Shown here: positions 26,003 to 37,903 of the stretch, piece after piece
Numbering within the stretch: the first letter of the stretch is position 1
Layout of the letters: the number at the start of each line of letters is the position of its first letter
Origin: Glaucostegus cemiculus
Taxonomy: Eukaryota
Length of the DNA stretch: 64,000 nucleotides
Direction: 5' to 3'
Assembly: GCA_976551045.1 (NCBI GenBank)
Contig: CDPCPM010000160.1
Span: 1,736,001 to 1,800,000, forward strand
Notes under the pieces: model-generated
The model's database searches: none
What the model saw: only the letters and a program-made list of their open reading frames with translations
Told to the model about the DNA's origin: nothing
Made by a program: the position numbers and the translations under genes

Positions 26003-26704
26003 TTCATAATCAGATGCCTCCTCCACAGACAAAGCAGAATAAGCTTTTTGAGCTTTGCCTTTAATCACACTCTGTAACATAAGAGCCCATCTCCTTTTTG
26101 GCCAACTTAGACTCGTAGCAACCTTTTCAAAATGTTGGAAATACTGTTCAACCTGATCTTCATCAAAAGGAGGGACTAATCTAACCTCCCTACTGGCTGA
26201 AAACTCATCATCAGAATCAGAATCTGAACTCTGTCTCTTCAGTCTTAAATCATATTTCCTTTGTTTCTCCCTTTCCTTACTTTCCAGCTCCATCCTCCTC
26301 AATTCCATCCTCTTTTCCTCTACCTCTAGTTTCCTTTGCTCTGCCTCAGCCTCAAATTTCAATCGTTCTCGTTCAGAATCTATCTTTCTTTGTTCTGCTT
26401 CAGCCTCAAATTTCAATCGCTCTCTTTCAGACTCTATCTTTCTTTGCTCTGCCTCAGCCTCTATCTTTGCTAACTGAATTTGGGCATCAGAAATCGTTTG
26501 TTCACTGCCAGGAAATTGTTTTACTACTCCCTCTTCAAACACTTGCATCTTTACATAATGACCAGCTATTATTTTCTGGATATCTGCTTTTCTCATAGAT
26601 TGTGTTACTGTCGTAAGTTTTAGCTCTGTAGCAAGAATTAATAATTCAGACTTCTTCATTCTCTGCAATCCACTTGGTGTGGGTTTTTTCATAAACGCTT
26701 CCAT
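26003..26704 (-). CDS. gag: Truncated Gypsy gag (coiled coil + capsid N-terminal region)
   Basis: Stop-free frame with VRLVPPFDE..YFQHFEKVATSLSWP..WALMLQSVIKGKAQKAYSAL, typical of vertebrate Gypsy gag; broken at the inverted repeat. Confidence 0.85.
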
Positions 26705-26854
26705 TGCTACTGGTTTCCACACACGCGCCAATTAAGAAAATGTATTGGACCAACCCCAATGTCCAAACTCAGACCTCCAGCACCAGTCTTAAGTTTGACT
26801 GCAAGCCAAATCTTTGGACTGGATCCCAGAACGACACTCATTAATCTTGGGAAG

Positions 26855-26872
26855 ATCCCGGACGAGCCCCCA
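26855..26872 (-). promoter_or_regulatory. Primer binding site, tRNA-Pro
   Basis: TGGGGGCTCGTCCGGGAT, the canonical 18-nt tRNA-Pro PBS, 4 nt from the LTR end. Confidence 0.92.
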
Positions 26873-27839
26873 ATTTTGTTACGAAACCAGCAACAAAAGA
26901 AGCACACCAAGTCATACTTCAGTGTTAAAACTACTTTATTAATAACTACATCCGATAATACGTAAAATAAGAATAAAAAGTTAGTATATTAGTACACAAT
27001 AATATGTTAAAATCTTAAACTATAACCCCAAAACTACTCGTCGTGTGTGTGCGGCAAGTTCCTAAACTCCAAGTCCAGGAATTAGGTCTTAAAGTTCAGT
27101 TCAGTAAGCCGTAAGATGACACGAATAAAGGCTTCTTCACAAGCACTGTCCACCGAAGACAAAATATAGATATAGAGAGAGATTAGAGAGGAATCACGAA
27201 ATCCAAATGTTCCACTCGAAACTCAAACGACACTTCAGGGCTTACTCAGTAGTGACTTTCTCACCCTGAAAACTCCTTGTATGTTGACTGTCCATGCAAA
27301 TACCTGTGTTCTTCTACAGGTTAGCAGCAAAGTGAATTCCGTCACTTTGTTCCACAGTATCTGCCACTCGGAAGAGCATCCAAAATGTGGTTGTTCACGC
27401 AAACACCTGTGTCCTTCTACAGGTTACCGACAAAGTGAACTCCACTGGACTACTCCAGAAATCCATCCACGGATTTTAGTGACAAACACAGTTACTGTCC
27501 TTCTTCCAACGACAGAAACAAAACAAGCTGCCGTCTCTCCTTCTTCTCTCTTTCTATCTGTCTGTCTCTCTCTCTCTCTTATCTTTTTCTTTCTTGCAGT
27601 GACCTCATCACGTTAGTCCCATCTTCTGCTGACGCAACACGTTGCACACACACACAATGTCCCATCTTAAAGGGATATTTGCCTAAGTAAGCTACTTCGT
27701 AACACCGTTCATTAAGATGCAAATATCCAGCTTCAGTATCGGGTGACACACAGTTCAACAGGTCAATTCCCAGAGCCAGAGGAAATGTTAATCTTTCCAT
27801 GGGTGCAGTAACAGAGCGGATGAAAAGGAGTTCACTCAC

Positions 27840-27895
27840 TCTTTCGTCCTGAAGTGAATCTCGTGCCATAGTTTGCCTGGGGCGGACCTTTCACC
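27840..27895 (-). CDS. Gene B, cytoplasmic exon 1 (VKGPPQANYGTRFTSGRK)
   Basis: tttattcag|G ... A|gtgagt, 56 nt, phase 2 to 1. Fits exactly between the TM exon and cytoplasmic exon 2. Confidence 0.75.
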
Positions 27896-28744
27896 CTGAA
27901 TAAACATGAACAGGTAAAAGGTAAATTCTGCAGCAAGTTATTTCCTTGGACTGACAAACCGAGTGAGAACCGCTTCTGAAGTCCGATTTACTGGCTTTCG
28001 AGTTATTCCTTGCAGCTGTTCCAGCTATCCGATTTACCCACTTTACCCACTTCTCCATAGTAACTCGAGTATGGATTAATAAACTCATAATGCGCGGACT
28101 GAGGTTAGTTGTTATCGACAGGGCAAAAGTGAGTCATTAATACCCAGGAAAGACACATCAGTGCAGGCGCCAGATGTCCACCACTGCACGGCTCTATTTC
28201 TATTCCTAAGACTTCTACAAATGTCCCTGCAATGTATATATTTAACCACCTTCCTCTTAATTACGACATTGCACACTCCTTCAAAGCATCTGCAGGGAGA
28301 TCGTTAAACGTTTCAACAATGCGCCTTGCAGAAACAAAATCATTTCTTGAACAATTAGCCTGTTGCGTTTATTTTCTAATTGTGACGTTTAATTCTCGAC
28401 TCTTTCGCCAAGGTCACCAACCTCCTACTCTCCACATTATCCACTTTGCACATCACTTTTTGTTCTTCGTTCAAGTCTCCGCTCAGCCTATCCTTCTCCA
28501 AAGAAAACAGATCCAGTCTCTCCAACCTATCGCTGATCCCAGGAACAACTTTCCTGTATCTGTTCTGGGCTTTTTCTGAAGTTCTCAGCTGCTTACTGTA
28601 ATGTGGTGACCAGAAATAAAAAACAATACAGTAGCTTACAATACGGACGTGTTTTTTGTTCTGTTTTACATGTCTTCATTCCTCTAATACTCCCTGCGAA
28701 TAAAGACAAGAATTGTTTCTGCCTTATTAACGAAGATAAGAGGG

Positions 28745-29380
28745 AGACCACCACACATTTCGCCTTGGAGGTGTCTAACCTGACGGCAACAACATCGAAT
28801 TCTCTAACTTCAGGTAACCACCACCACCCCCCCCCCCTGTCCACCTTTTACCTTCTGCGACCGGCCCATCCACCCCATCTATTTCCCCTCCTCCTCCCGC
28901 TCCATCTGCCCTTCACCAACATATTCCTTCTTCGGTTTTCCCTCCCTAAAATCTTTCCTTTATTCTGTGGTCCACTGTCCTCTTCTATCAGATGCCATCT
29001 GGTTCAGCCCTTTCCCACTACCACCTAACTCCTCCCAGCTCCTGACACCCATTCTCATTCTACCCCACACTCATCTGCCAATCATCTAAACTCTTGGATA
29101 GACCTATCACCAGCCAGCTCTTGCTCAAACATTTCCCCAGCATATTTATACTGGCTACGTCCCCGCTTTCTTTCCACTCCTCTGGAAAGGTCTCGACCTG
29201 AAAAGTCAACCCATCGCCAGCCTGTTCTTGCTATACAACCTCCCCCATCTTTTTATACTGGCGACCTTCCCAATTTCTTTCCAGTCCTCTGGAAAGGCCT
29301 CGACCCGAAAAGGCATCTATCCATTTCCGTCCACAGATGCTGCCTACCCCGTTGAGTTCCCCCAGCTACTTTGTCTGTAA
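28745..29380 (+). mobile_element. Penelope-like/short repeat remnant
   Basis: atcgaattctctaacttcagg like 19310, then a twice-repeated tttcca.tcctctggaaagg.ctcgacc motif. Confidence 0.45.
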
Positions 29381-29583
29381 CTTCCTCCATTAACCTCCAA
29401 CATCGGAAATTCGCTTTCATGGTGTCAACGTCCCTTTGGAGCCACAGGCGTCATTTTATTTTGTTATGTGGCTGTTATGTGGCTGGGACACGTTGTTGAG
29501 GCTGTAATTTCGAGACCAATTCTGCCTAAATACCCTTCCCATAATTTAACGTAGAAACAAAATTCGGAAGAAAACACATTTAC

Positions 29584-29695
29584 CCACCAGTCGTCCTTGC
29601 GATGAACCAACCGTTGATTCCGCTGATCAGACCCACACCAAGTAGACCAAGGACGATGCCCGCGATGGCGACAGGGCCTAGGGTATAACTGGCAT
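29584..29695 (-). CDS. Gene B, transmembrane exon (DASYTLGPVAIAGIVLGLLGVGLISGINGWFIARTTG)
   Basis: ctttagcag|AT ... GG|gtaaat, phase 1 to 2. AIAGIV motif and a hydrophobic span. Confidence 0.85.
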
Positions 29696-30398
29696 CTGCT
29701 AAAGGTTCTAACGCACACAAGAAAGATATATTTTATATCGGAGAAACAAATTCCTTACAGTAACAATGTGCATTCGCATGGCGAACAATTTTTAATATTA
29801 ATTTATCAAAGTCTATTTAAAATCGTATTTTGTGTATCATAATGAGAGTTCAGGGGGGGGGGGGCTGGAGATATTATGGGAGACCAATACGCTGAACTGT
29901 GCTTGTCGTCACTGGAGATCAGGAGATAGAATTGTGGTGAACATACTGAGCGCAGATCGATGTCGCTCCTCTGTAATCAGTAGAAAGAGCAAAGGCTCTG
30001 TAAACAGATCATCAAACAGTCTGCGTTCCGGCGGCTGACCTGACCCTCTCCTGTGGCATTGCAACAAGCATAGCCCTCCGATATTTTCACTGTCTGGTTT
30101 GACCTGTCCTTGAGAGTCCACCAACGCTATGGTCTAAACAGGAATATAGCGTTATCCATTCAGGCCGTAGGTGTAGAGATGAAATCAATGGGGTTCTGGG
30201 GAATGGGGAAGTCGTTTTACATTCTCTCCACAACATTCATCCTTCCTGACAACATTAAGAAGTCTCATAGATGATCTTTCTATCTGGTTATCCAGTTGGA
30301 AATAAGCCGGGAGAGAGAGGGTGGGATGTTCTGGAAACGAAATGTTTGGATCTTTCATCAGCGCGTGGGAGTCGAACAAGCAAATAAAATTCACTTAC

Positions 30399-30663
30399 CT
30401 TGTGTGGTAACCTCAACAGTAAGTTTATTAATCTAGTAACATTAAGGTTACGCGTTTAATAACCCGACATGTATAAGTCCAACGGTTAACCGTGCTCCCT
30501 GACACTAGGATGAGCTTCTGCCCTGTCTGGAGCGGAATGTTCCCGTTGTACCATGCGTATTCACCGCAGGGGACTGACAGAGCAAAGCAAGTTAATGTCA
30601 GATTTGTTCCAAGATTTCCAACAACTGGAGACTGCGGCAGAAGTCTGACCTTCTCTGGCCCAT
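30399..30663 (-). pseudogene. Gene B, B4 IgC2 exon, frameshifted
   Basis: YGPEKVRLLPQSPVV..LTC..WYNG..YTC; donor gtaagt. The 81-nt intron to A4 mirrors the 87-nt intron of gene A. Confidence 0.8.
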
Positions 30664-30744
30664 CTATCAAACGAGAATATATGTCGATTCTGTATTCAGT
30701 AATATCAGACACAAACTAACGTTGTTGTTAACCTGCATACTCAC

Positions 30745-31023
30745 AGTAGACTTGCAATTTGGTCTCTCCAACGCCACTGCTGACACTGTTGCTGACGACG
30801 CACTTGTATGTCCCTGCATCATTTCTATTCACACTGGTTATAGTTAGTTCAGAATTGTCGGCAGATGTAAATATTCTACCATTTTCCTGTGTGGGTTGAT
30901 AATTTTTCAACCATGCCCATCTCTGAACAGTGCCCCAGGCAGGCGTGACTGGTCAGTGCTACAGCATCGACGTTTTCTACTGGAGTGGAATCGTTGGTCG
31001 AGACAGTGACGTCAAACACGCCT
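30745..31023 (-). pseudogene. Gene B, A4 IgC2 exon, frameshifted
   Basis: 3' part WLKNYQPTQENGRIFTSADNSELTITSVNRNDAGTYKCVVSNSVSSG..LQVY|gtgagt. The 5' part is out of frame. Confidence 0.8.
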
Positions 31024-32474
31024 CTGTAAATAAAATTGAAATGGAACTCATGTTACACTGTTGTTTTAACCATAACCTGTTCACAAGAGGTGGGTGTTGA
31101 CAACTTAAGACCACGACTAATCCTGGATTCCTGTCCAATTTGATTCAACATCCAATCGGATATCAGACTGAACAGATCTCCAGAAGCCAGAGACAGAAGT
31201 TTACTTGGTTCTAATTTGTTGGTGTTGGGCAATATTCAGAAATAAACAGGCATCTCCCATACTATGTTTGGACTCGCCTTATTAGTCCAACCAAAATATA
31301 TCACGTCGCACATATCGGGAATAAATTCCATCAGCCGCTGCGCATCACATTTTATCAATTCATCAATATCCACCTCTCACCCGTCTAATCTCCCGCTTCT
31401 CAAAACCGCTAACATCCAACATTTCTGATATAACAGAAAAGGTCAGAATATTGATCGCTGTTGTATATCGATGGTCACTGACATCCAATCTCAAACATTA
31501 CCCATAACCCTGCCTCCTATCAACAAGCCAATTCTGAATTCATTGACAAAAATAAAGCACATGTTCCGATGGCCCTATTAGAGGCAGTAATTTGTAAAGG
31601 CAAAATACTTCAGGCAGTATGTTTCAACGGATGTAAATTATATAGGACAGATAAATCCAACTGGGAATTGCATTTGGAATGAAGTCATGAAGAACACCGG
31701 TGCAAGGTTCGAAAGTATTGATCGTATTCACTATAGGGTCGCAGTGAGAATCCCCACAGCATTACAACCAATGCCTTCAGAGTGGAGTTAGTGCCACTTG
31801 CACCGTTAAACACAGCGAACCCGTATCTTGCTGCTGCCGATCAAGCTGTGGCTTCTGATTCACACGTCCCATTCCAAATTAAGGCAAAGTTAAGATCCAT
31901 TTTTGTCGATCGAAGTAACTGATGAAACACATTTCACACTTCACATCGATACAAACCATCACATGAATTATGACACAGTCCATTCAGTTTAAACAATCTG
32001 TGCTAGTCTCTAAACTCGCCCTAACTATCTTCGTCCAACCCTCTCGGTGTAATTATCGACTCCAATCGTCCTCGATGCTTTTCAACCTCTAACTAAATGC
32101 TACGTCAGATGGAACCATCCTCACAAACCAGATTCAAGGACAGATTTTTCCCCTTTTTTAGTTGTCCTGGGAGGCCAAACAACCAACTGCACTCATTGTT
32201 TATCTGCCTCCGTCACTGACGTGATCGGTGTTGAGATTTTCATTTGACAATGCACGAGCAATAAGAGGATTCAGACTGTAATTTGATCAGCAAAACAAAC
32301 CATAGTTCCGAGTTGCATTTACTCAATCAGAGCATTATTCTTCAACATACAGAATTGTAGATACTTGTACAGAATCGATACTCTGATCAGGTTCAGACGA
32401 TTAGTTCAGTCAGCCAGTGTGCACCATCACCGTTGAAAACATGACGACAGGAAAGGGAAAAACGGATGATCTAC

Positions 32475-32735
32475 CGAGCACAATAATTTCCATGGTTGAG
32501 GCATTGTGCCTTCCTGACACAGGGTTATAGGCCTCACAAGGGTAATTCCTGCGTCCCACACAGAAATACTGTCAAGCATGAGCTCTTGCCCAGTTTGTGG
32601 ATAGGCACCGTTCAAATACCAGTCCAGATCAGCAACTGGGCTCGACTGTGCGTAACATGTTGACGTGATGGTGCTTCCGGCAATGTGAAGAGCGGAGTCA
32701 GGGTTATTGGTGCTTACGTGGACGATCCGGTCCGT
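32475..32735 (-). pseudogene. Gene B, B3 IgC2 exon, frameshifted
   Basis: ttttag|ACGGACCGGATCGTCCA matches exons at 2122 and 63894; at least two indels. Confidence 0.8.
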
Positions 32736-33106
32736 CTAAAACAAAGGCATAAAATGGTTTGTGGTAAATTGCACGAACGGGAAATGTAACAGAGAAGCAG
32801 AGAGGGAGAGGAACAGGAGCCCACCACCACAGAGAGTGAACACCAACATGGTTTATATTCTTCCAAACAAGAGCCCTAGTTTAATGGTCATCGTTACTGA
32901 GACTGGGATTTTCAACTTGAAGTTTTCGATTTGAAATAAAGATCCCCAGCTGCCGAGGAAGATTGGGACACGTCTCCCATTCGACTGTCCAGTAACTCTG
33001 GCGTTGGTCTAAATAGAGCATCACTGTTGCATCGTCCCCACATTCCCTATCTCAGAATCCCGTAGCCAGCAGCACTGTGTAACGACTGATCTCTCCGGAC
33101 ACTTAC

Positions 33107-33378
33107 AGTGAACATTGAGATAAAACGGGTCGCTTATCATTCTGCTAATCAAGTTGTCTGCGCGGCAGGTGAACGGTCCATCTGTCCGTAACACTCCAGG
33201 AATAGTGAGTGTGCTGTTATCGGTGCTCAGTTCAAACCTGACACCAGGAATTATCACTCTGTTGTCTTCAAGCCACAGATAAGAGACCGCCTGCCTGTTA
33301 CGATGCATGTCAATATCACGGTGTAGAATTCTGCTACGCTTGTGGCAGTGGATTGAATAATGGGTTTGGAAACAGGCT
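33107..33378 (-). pseudogene. Gene B, A3 IgC2 exon, frameshifted
   Basis: AVSYLWLEDNRVIIPGVRFELSTDNSTLTIPGVLRTDGPFTCRA; 272 nt versus 276 in paralogs. Confidence 0.85.
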
Positions 33379-33654
33379 CTGTGAACACATGAGCTTAGTT
33401 AGTGCACAAGATTTGAAGACGCAAATCTGGAATATTATGGACTATGTTCCAAATCTGAAAGATGAATTTGCGCTTTGACTGATCTATAATGAATAAATAA
33501 GAAAGCATTAAAATACTTATATTCCACCGAGAGAGACATATCCGCTGAGCTAAGTATTGCGATGCAGATACTGCGCTGGAGACAGGTCACATCTTTCTTC
33601 ACTCAGTGATCTGAATTTTCCTCCGCCGATGGGGTGGCAATACTCCCAGAGTCA

Positions 33655-34470
33655 TAGTATTATGCACCACCACGTAAACAGGCCATTCGGCCCAAAGTGC
33701 CCATGCCGAGAAAGTTGTCTGACCGAGCCTTTCCCGTTTGCCTGTCGAAACGTTTTCAAATCTTTGTAATTATACCGGCCTCCACCACCTCCTCTGACAG
33801 TTTTCTTTCCACCGAGCCACCAGCGTCTGTGTGAACATGCTGTCCCGCAGTTCCTTTTCAAATCTTCCCACACTCACCTGAAACCGATGTCGTTTACTTT
33901 TAGGCTCCCCTACCCTGAGGACCAGCCACTTCACTGACCACCCACCAGTCTTTATAAACCTCTATAAAGTCCAACCACAGACTCCCAAGCTCCAAGGAGA
34001 AGGTCTCAGCCTATCCAGGCTCCTAGCTGAAAGCCCTCCCATTTCGGTGACCTCTTCGTGAATCCATTCTGTACCCCTTACAGCTGAAGGACACCCTTCC
34101 TATTGCTGGGCGACCGAAATTAGACGCAGTATTCCAGGTACGTTCTCAACAATGACTTAAACAGCGGTACCATCACGTCGCAACTACAGCACAGTGCCCT
34201 GACCGATGAGAAAAAGCGTGCCAAGCGCTCTTTGCATCAACCTCTCTACCAGTTTTAAGGAACTATGTACACCTCGGTCCCTCTGTTCTACAACACTATC
34301 CAGGACCTACCATTCACTGTGCAAGTACTGCCCTGGTTTAAATAACCAAAATGCAATGCAGTGCATTTGAGTTCAATTCCATCTTCCTTTCCTTGGCCAA
34401 ATGTTGTAATCCAAGATAACTTTCTTCACTGTCCACATCACCAACTTTGGTGTTGTCCGCAAATTTACCA
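33655..34470 (-). mobile_element. CR1 LINE 3' fragment
   Basis: KFADNTKVG, a degenerate RT catalytic FADD motif, in ORF 34338-34811. Confidence 0.75.
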
Positions 34471-35024
34471 ACCAGCCCTATAATAGTCCGTTCCATCTCC
34501 CTGGGCGACGGCCGCTGATCACATTCACTCCCTTCATTCACATCTGCTGACTTCGAGCATTTCTCTCCCATGTAAAGTCGGAGCCCCCAAGCCAGGGCAG
34601 ATAAACTGTTCCAACGGCAGGCGATGAATGTTCCGAGAGAGGGAATGTGGGTACAGCGCTCAGAGTCAGAAGTGGGTCTTGACACTGCAACGCTCCACCC
34701 GATGCACTCTACCAACTGCGCATGCGCAAATTGACAGACTTCTCTGCTGTGAGCACCTCTCTTTGAACAGGCGGATGCGGGGTGCCTGGAGCGAATGGCT
34801 TCATGAGACAAATTACAGTTGTTAATATATCAGGAGACAAATCAGTTATAGAGCTGCTGCAATATACTTGTTGGGCATTCGGCTCTTCAACTCTTGCTAA
34901 CAAAACAATAAGGCCAGTCCCCTTCCTAACCCATTCTTCAGAATTTCTGTCCATACCTTTGGAAGCCCGAATCGACATTATTTCCTTCCCTAATTTCAAC
35001 TTAATGTCTCACCGAAACTTACAA

Positions 35025-36353
35025 CAGAGAACAGTATAGCACATGAACAAGCCCTTCGGCCCACCTTATTGTGCGGAACTAATTAAACTAGTCATTAAAT
35101 GTCCAACTGAACTTAGCCCTTCTGCTTGCACGCTATCAATATCCCTCCATTCTCTGCACATAAATATGCCTGTCTAAGAGCGACTGACATGCCTCTATCG
35201 TATCTGCCTCCACTATCACCTCTGACAATGAACTCCAGGCAGCCCACTCTCTGTGTAAAAAACGTACCCCCGCATCCCGTTTGATCTTATCACCTCACTT
35301 CAAATGCATGTTCTCTAGTATTAGACATTTCGACCCTGGGGAATAGGATACCGGCTGTCTCCATGACTCTTCCTCTCATAATGTTGTAAAACTCTCAGGT
35401 ATCCTCTCAGCCTGCGCCACTCCAGATGAAACAACCCAAATTATCCAACCTCTCCTTATCCACAAATCATCTTTATCGCGCTGTATTTGCAACCTTCTAC
35501 ACTGTCAAGATGTCAAGAACACTATACTGTCAAGAATCTTTGTATCTCTGAGAACTTACTAATCCACCTCTCCACGTTTTCATCCGAGATATATCGATCT
35601 GTGCAGAACACCACCGGTCACGGAACTCCAACCAGAATCGGTCCCATAGACCACTCCCTGCTGTGATCTATGGACAATTCTGAATGCAAACGGCAAGTGA
35701 ACGTGGATCCCACGCATCTCAATATTCAGGATAAGCCGAACATGTGAGACCATGTGAAACGCCTACTAAAATCCATATAGACAACATCTACAGCCCGACC
35801 CTCATCAATCACCTTCGTCACCTCCTCAGAAAACACAATCAAGTCGGTAAGGCACGAATTGACCCGCACAAAGCCATGCAGACTGTCCCTAATTAGGCCA
35901 TGGTTTTCCAAATTCTAATAGATCCTATCCCTAAGAATCCTCTCCAAAAGCTGTCCTGCCGATGACGTGAGACTCATCGGTCTGTAATTACCAGGATTGT
36001 CCTTAGTTCCCTCCTTAAACAATAGAAAAACATTATCTACTCGTCAGTCCTCCGGGACATTGCTTATTGGTGGAAACTAATCGAAGAACTTGGTCAAGAG
36101 TCCCGCAATTTCATTTCTTGACTCCCTCAATAAACTCGGGTATATCCCATCAGGTCTTGGGGACATCCACCTTAATTTCTTTCAAGCGACGCAACATTAC
36201 CTCCTCCTTAATCTCAAAATGCCCTCTCATATTGGCACGGTCCACATTGTTATCACTATCATCCAAGTCCTTCTCCTTGGTGAATACCGAAGCAAAGTAC
36301 TCACTTAGAACTGTGATGCTGTTCCTCATTAATAGCGCCACGTCACCCCCCAC

Positions 36354-36423
<70 letters not shown>

Positions 36424-37000
36424 CTCTTTTAGTCTCTGTATTGGTCACATCATAGTTCCATATATTGGTCCATGCTCCATGCCTATCACCTTAACCTTTA
36501 CGCTCCTGGCATTGAAATAAACACACTTCACTCCGTCCATTCGATCGTGTCTATGACCATGATTCTGCCTTGTCTTCGTTACAGAGTTACTGGTTATGAC
36601 ACCTTCCTCTAATTCCTCCACTTTCTTACCTGGTACTCTGCTTCCCATCCCCCCGCTAAACCTTCCACGCAGATCTTGCGAACCTTCGGCCAGTATATTA
36701 ATTCCCCGCCAGTTAAGGTGAAACACGTCCATCTTGTGCAGGTTGTCCCTGCCCAAGAAGAGGATCCAATGACAGAGGAACCTAAATCTCTGCCACCCGC
36801 ATCTGCTCTTCATCCACAGATTCATCTGGTCCACCTTTCAATACCTCCCCTGACTAGCAGGGGACAGCTCGAGTAATCCAGGGATCTCTACCTTCGAGCT
36901 TCTGCTCTTCGGCTTCTTTAGTTACTCCATATATACACTGAGCAGGACGTCTTCCACCTTTCTTCCTATTTCAATTATGTCAATGTGCAACAGATCAGGC
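35025..37000 (-). mobile_element. CR1 LINE, fragmented (ORF1 esterase + RT + 3' end)
   Basis: HGFVRVNSCLTDLI.F.EEVTKVIDEGRAVDVVYMDFS; EYFASVFTKE; HLNWRGINILA. Confidence 0.85.
36361..36420. repeat. (CA)30 microsatellite
   Basis: Perfect dinucleotide run. Confidence 0.97.
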
Positions 37001-37640
37001 TGCTCACACTTTGACTCTGGCACCTGGGAGCCGAAACACCGTGGTGGTGTTCCTTTTGCAGCCACAAAATCTCTTGTCTGCAAACTATCACAATTGGACT
37101 TCACCTTCCCGCTGAGCCTCAGAGCCGGCCACAGCGCCACTGACCTGGCTGCAGCGGAAAACGGATAAGAAAGGATTTTCACGTCCCAGTGTTCAAAATC
37201 GACATGGGGGGAATGTCAACGAAATGACGTTCAGCATTCCACATGAAGAAGGAAGTGAAGATCAATTCAATTCAGGCAAGGGTCACTTGGCAATCAGAAT
37301 GATGATGGAAAACGCAGGTCAGCACAGAGGGGAATTGCTAACGCACACATGATTAATCCAAACTCATCAATATAACCTTTCTTTACAGGCAATGAAACAA
37401 AGTGCAATGTCAGTATCGATGTTGTTAAACCAATTAAAGTTATTATCTCACACAACAAACAAACACATATTGGGTATTATCGTAGGAACGTGTATTGCAT
37501 GCCCAACAGTGTATACTAATACCTAGAGAATACGTTACTCAACACCATACCAGGTGCTGATAGTTTATCAACAAATACAATGCCTCTGTTTCTACATGCA
37601 GAACTCCGACTCACGCACCACCTCTCGATATAATACATAC

Positions 37641-37903
37641 CTCGGGCGAGAAAGTCTCGTGTTGTTAAACTCGATCGTTTGGTTACATTGTTAAACGCCT
37701 CACAAGTGTAACTGCCAGTTTCATTCATGGGTAAGTCAACAAGGATTAGGCGCTCCAATTTGCTGAAGTGATGAACCATTGAAATACCACTGGAATTCAG
37801 CAGCGGGGTTCGAAACAGCCGAACAGGAAAAAATTCGCATTAGACACCGTACCGAACGCAGCAATGTTTAGACTGATGGATATGGTTAGATTTTCCGGTC
37901 CAT
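37641..37903 (-). pseudogene. Gene B, B2 IgC2 exon, acceptor AG>GG plus indels
   Basis: Inverted paralog of 60087-60350; gttttGG instead of gttttAG; 263 nt. Confidence 0.85.

Larger units (their letters stand above)
25814..27704 (-). mobile_element. Rearranged Ty3/Gypsy (probably Gmr1-like) LTR retrotransposon
   Basis: LTR 26877-27704 (TGTTACG..CGTAACA termini, AATAAA at 26935-26940), PBS, truncated gag, an inverted LTR-end copy at 25814-26002, and TSD CCGT at 25810-25813 and 27705-27708. Confidence 0.9.
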
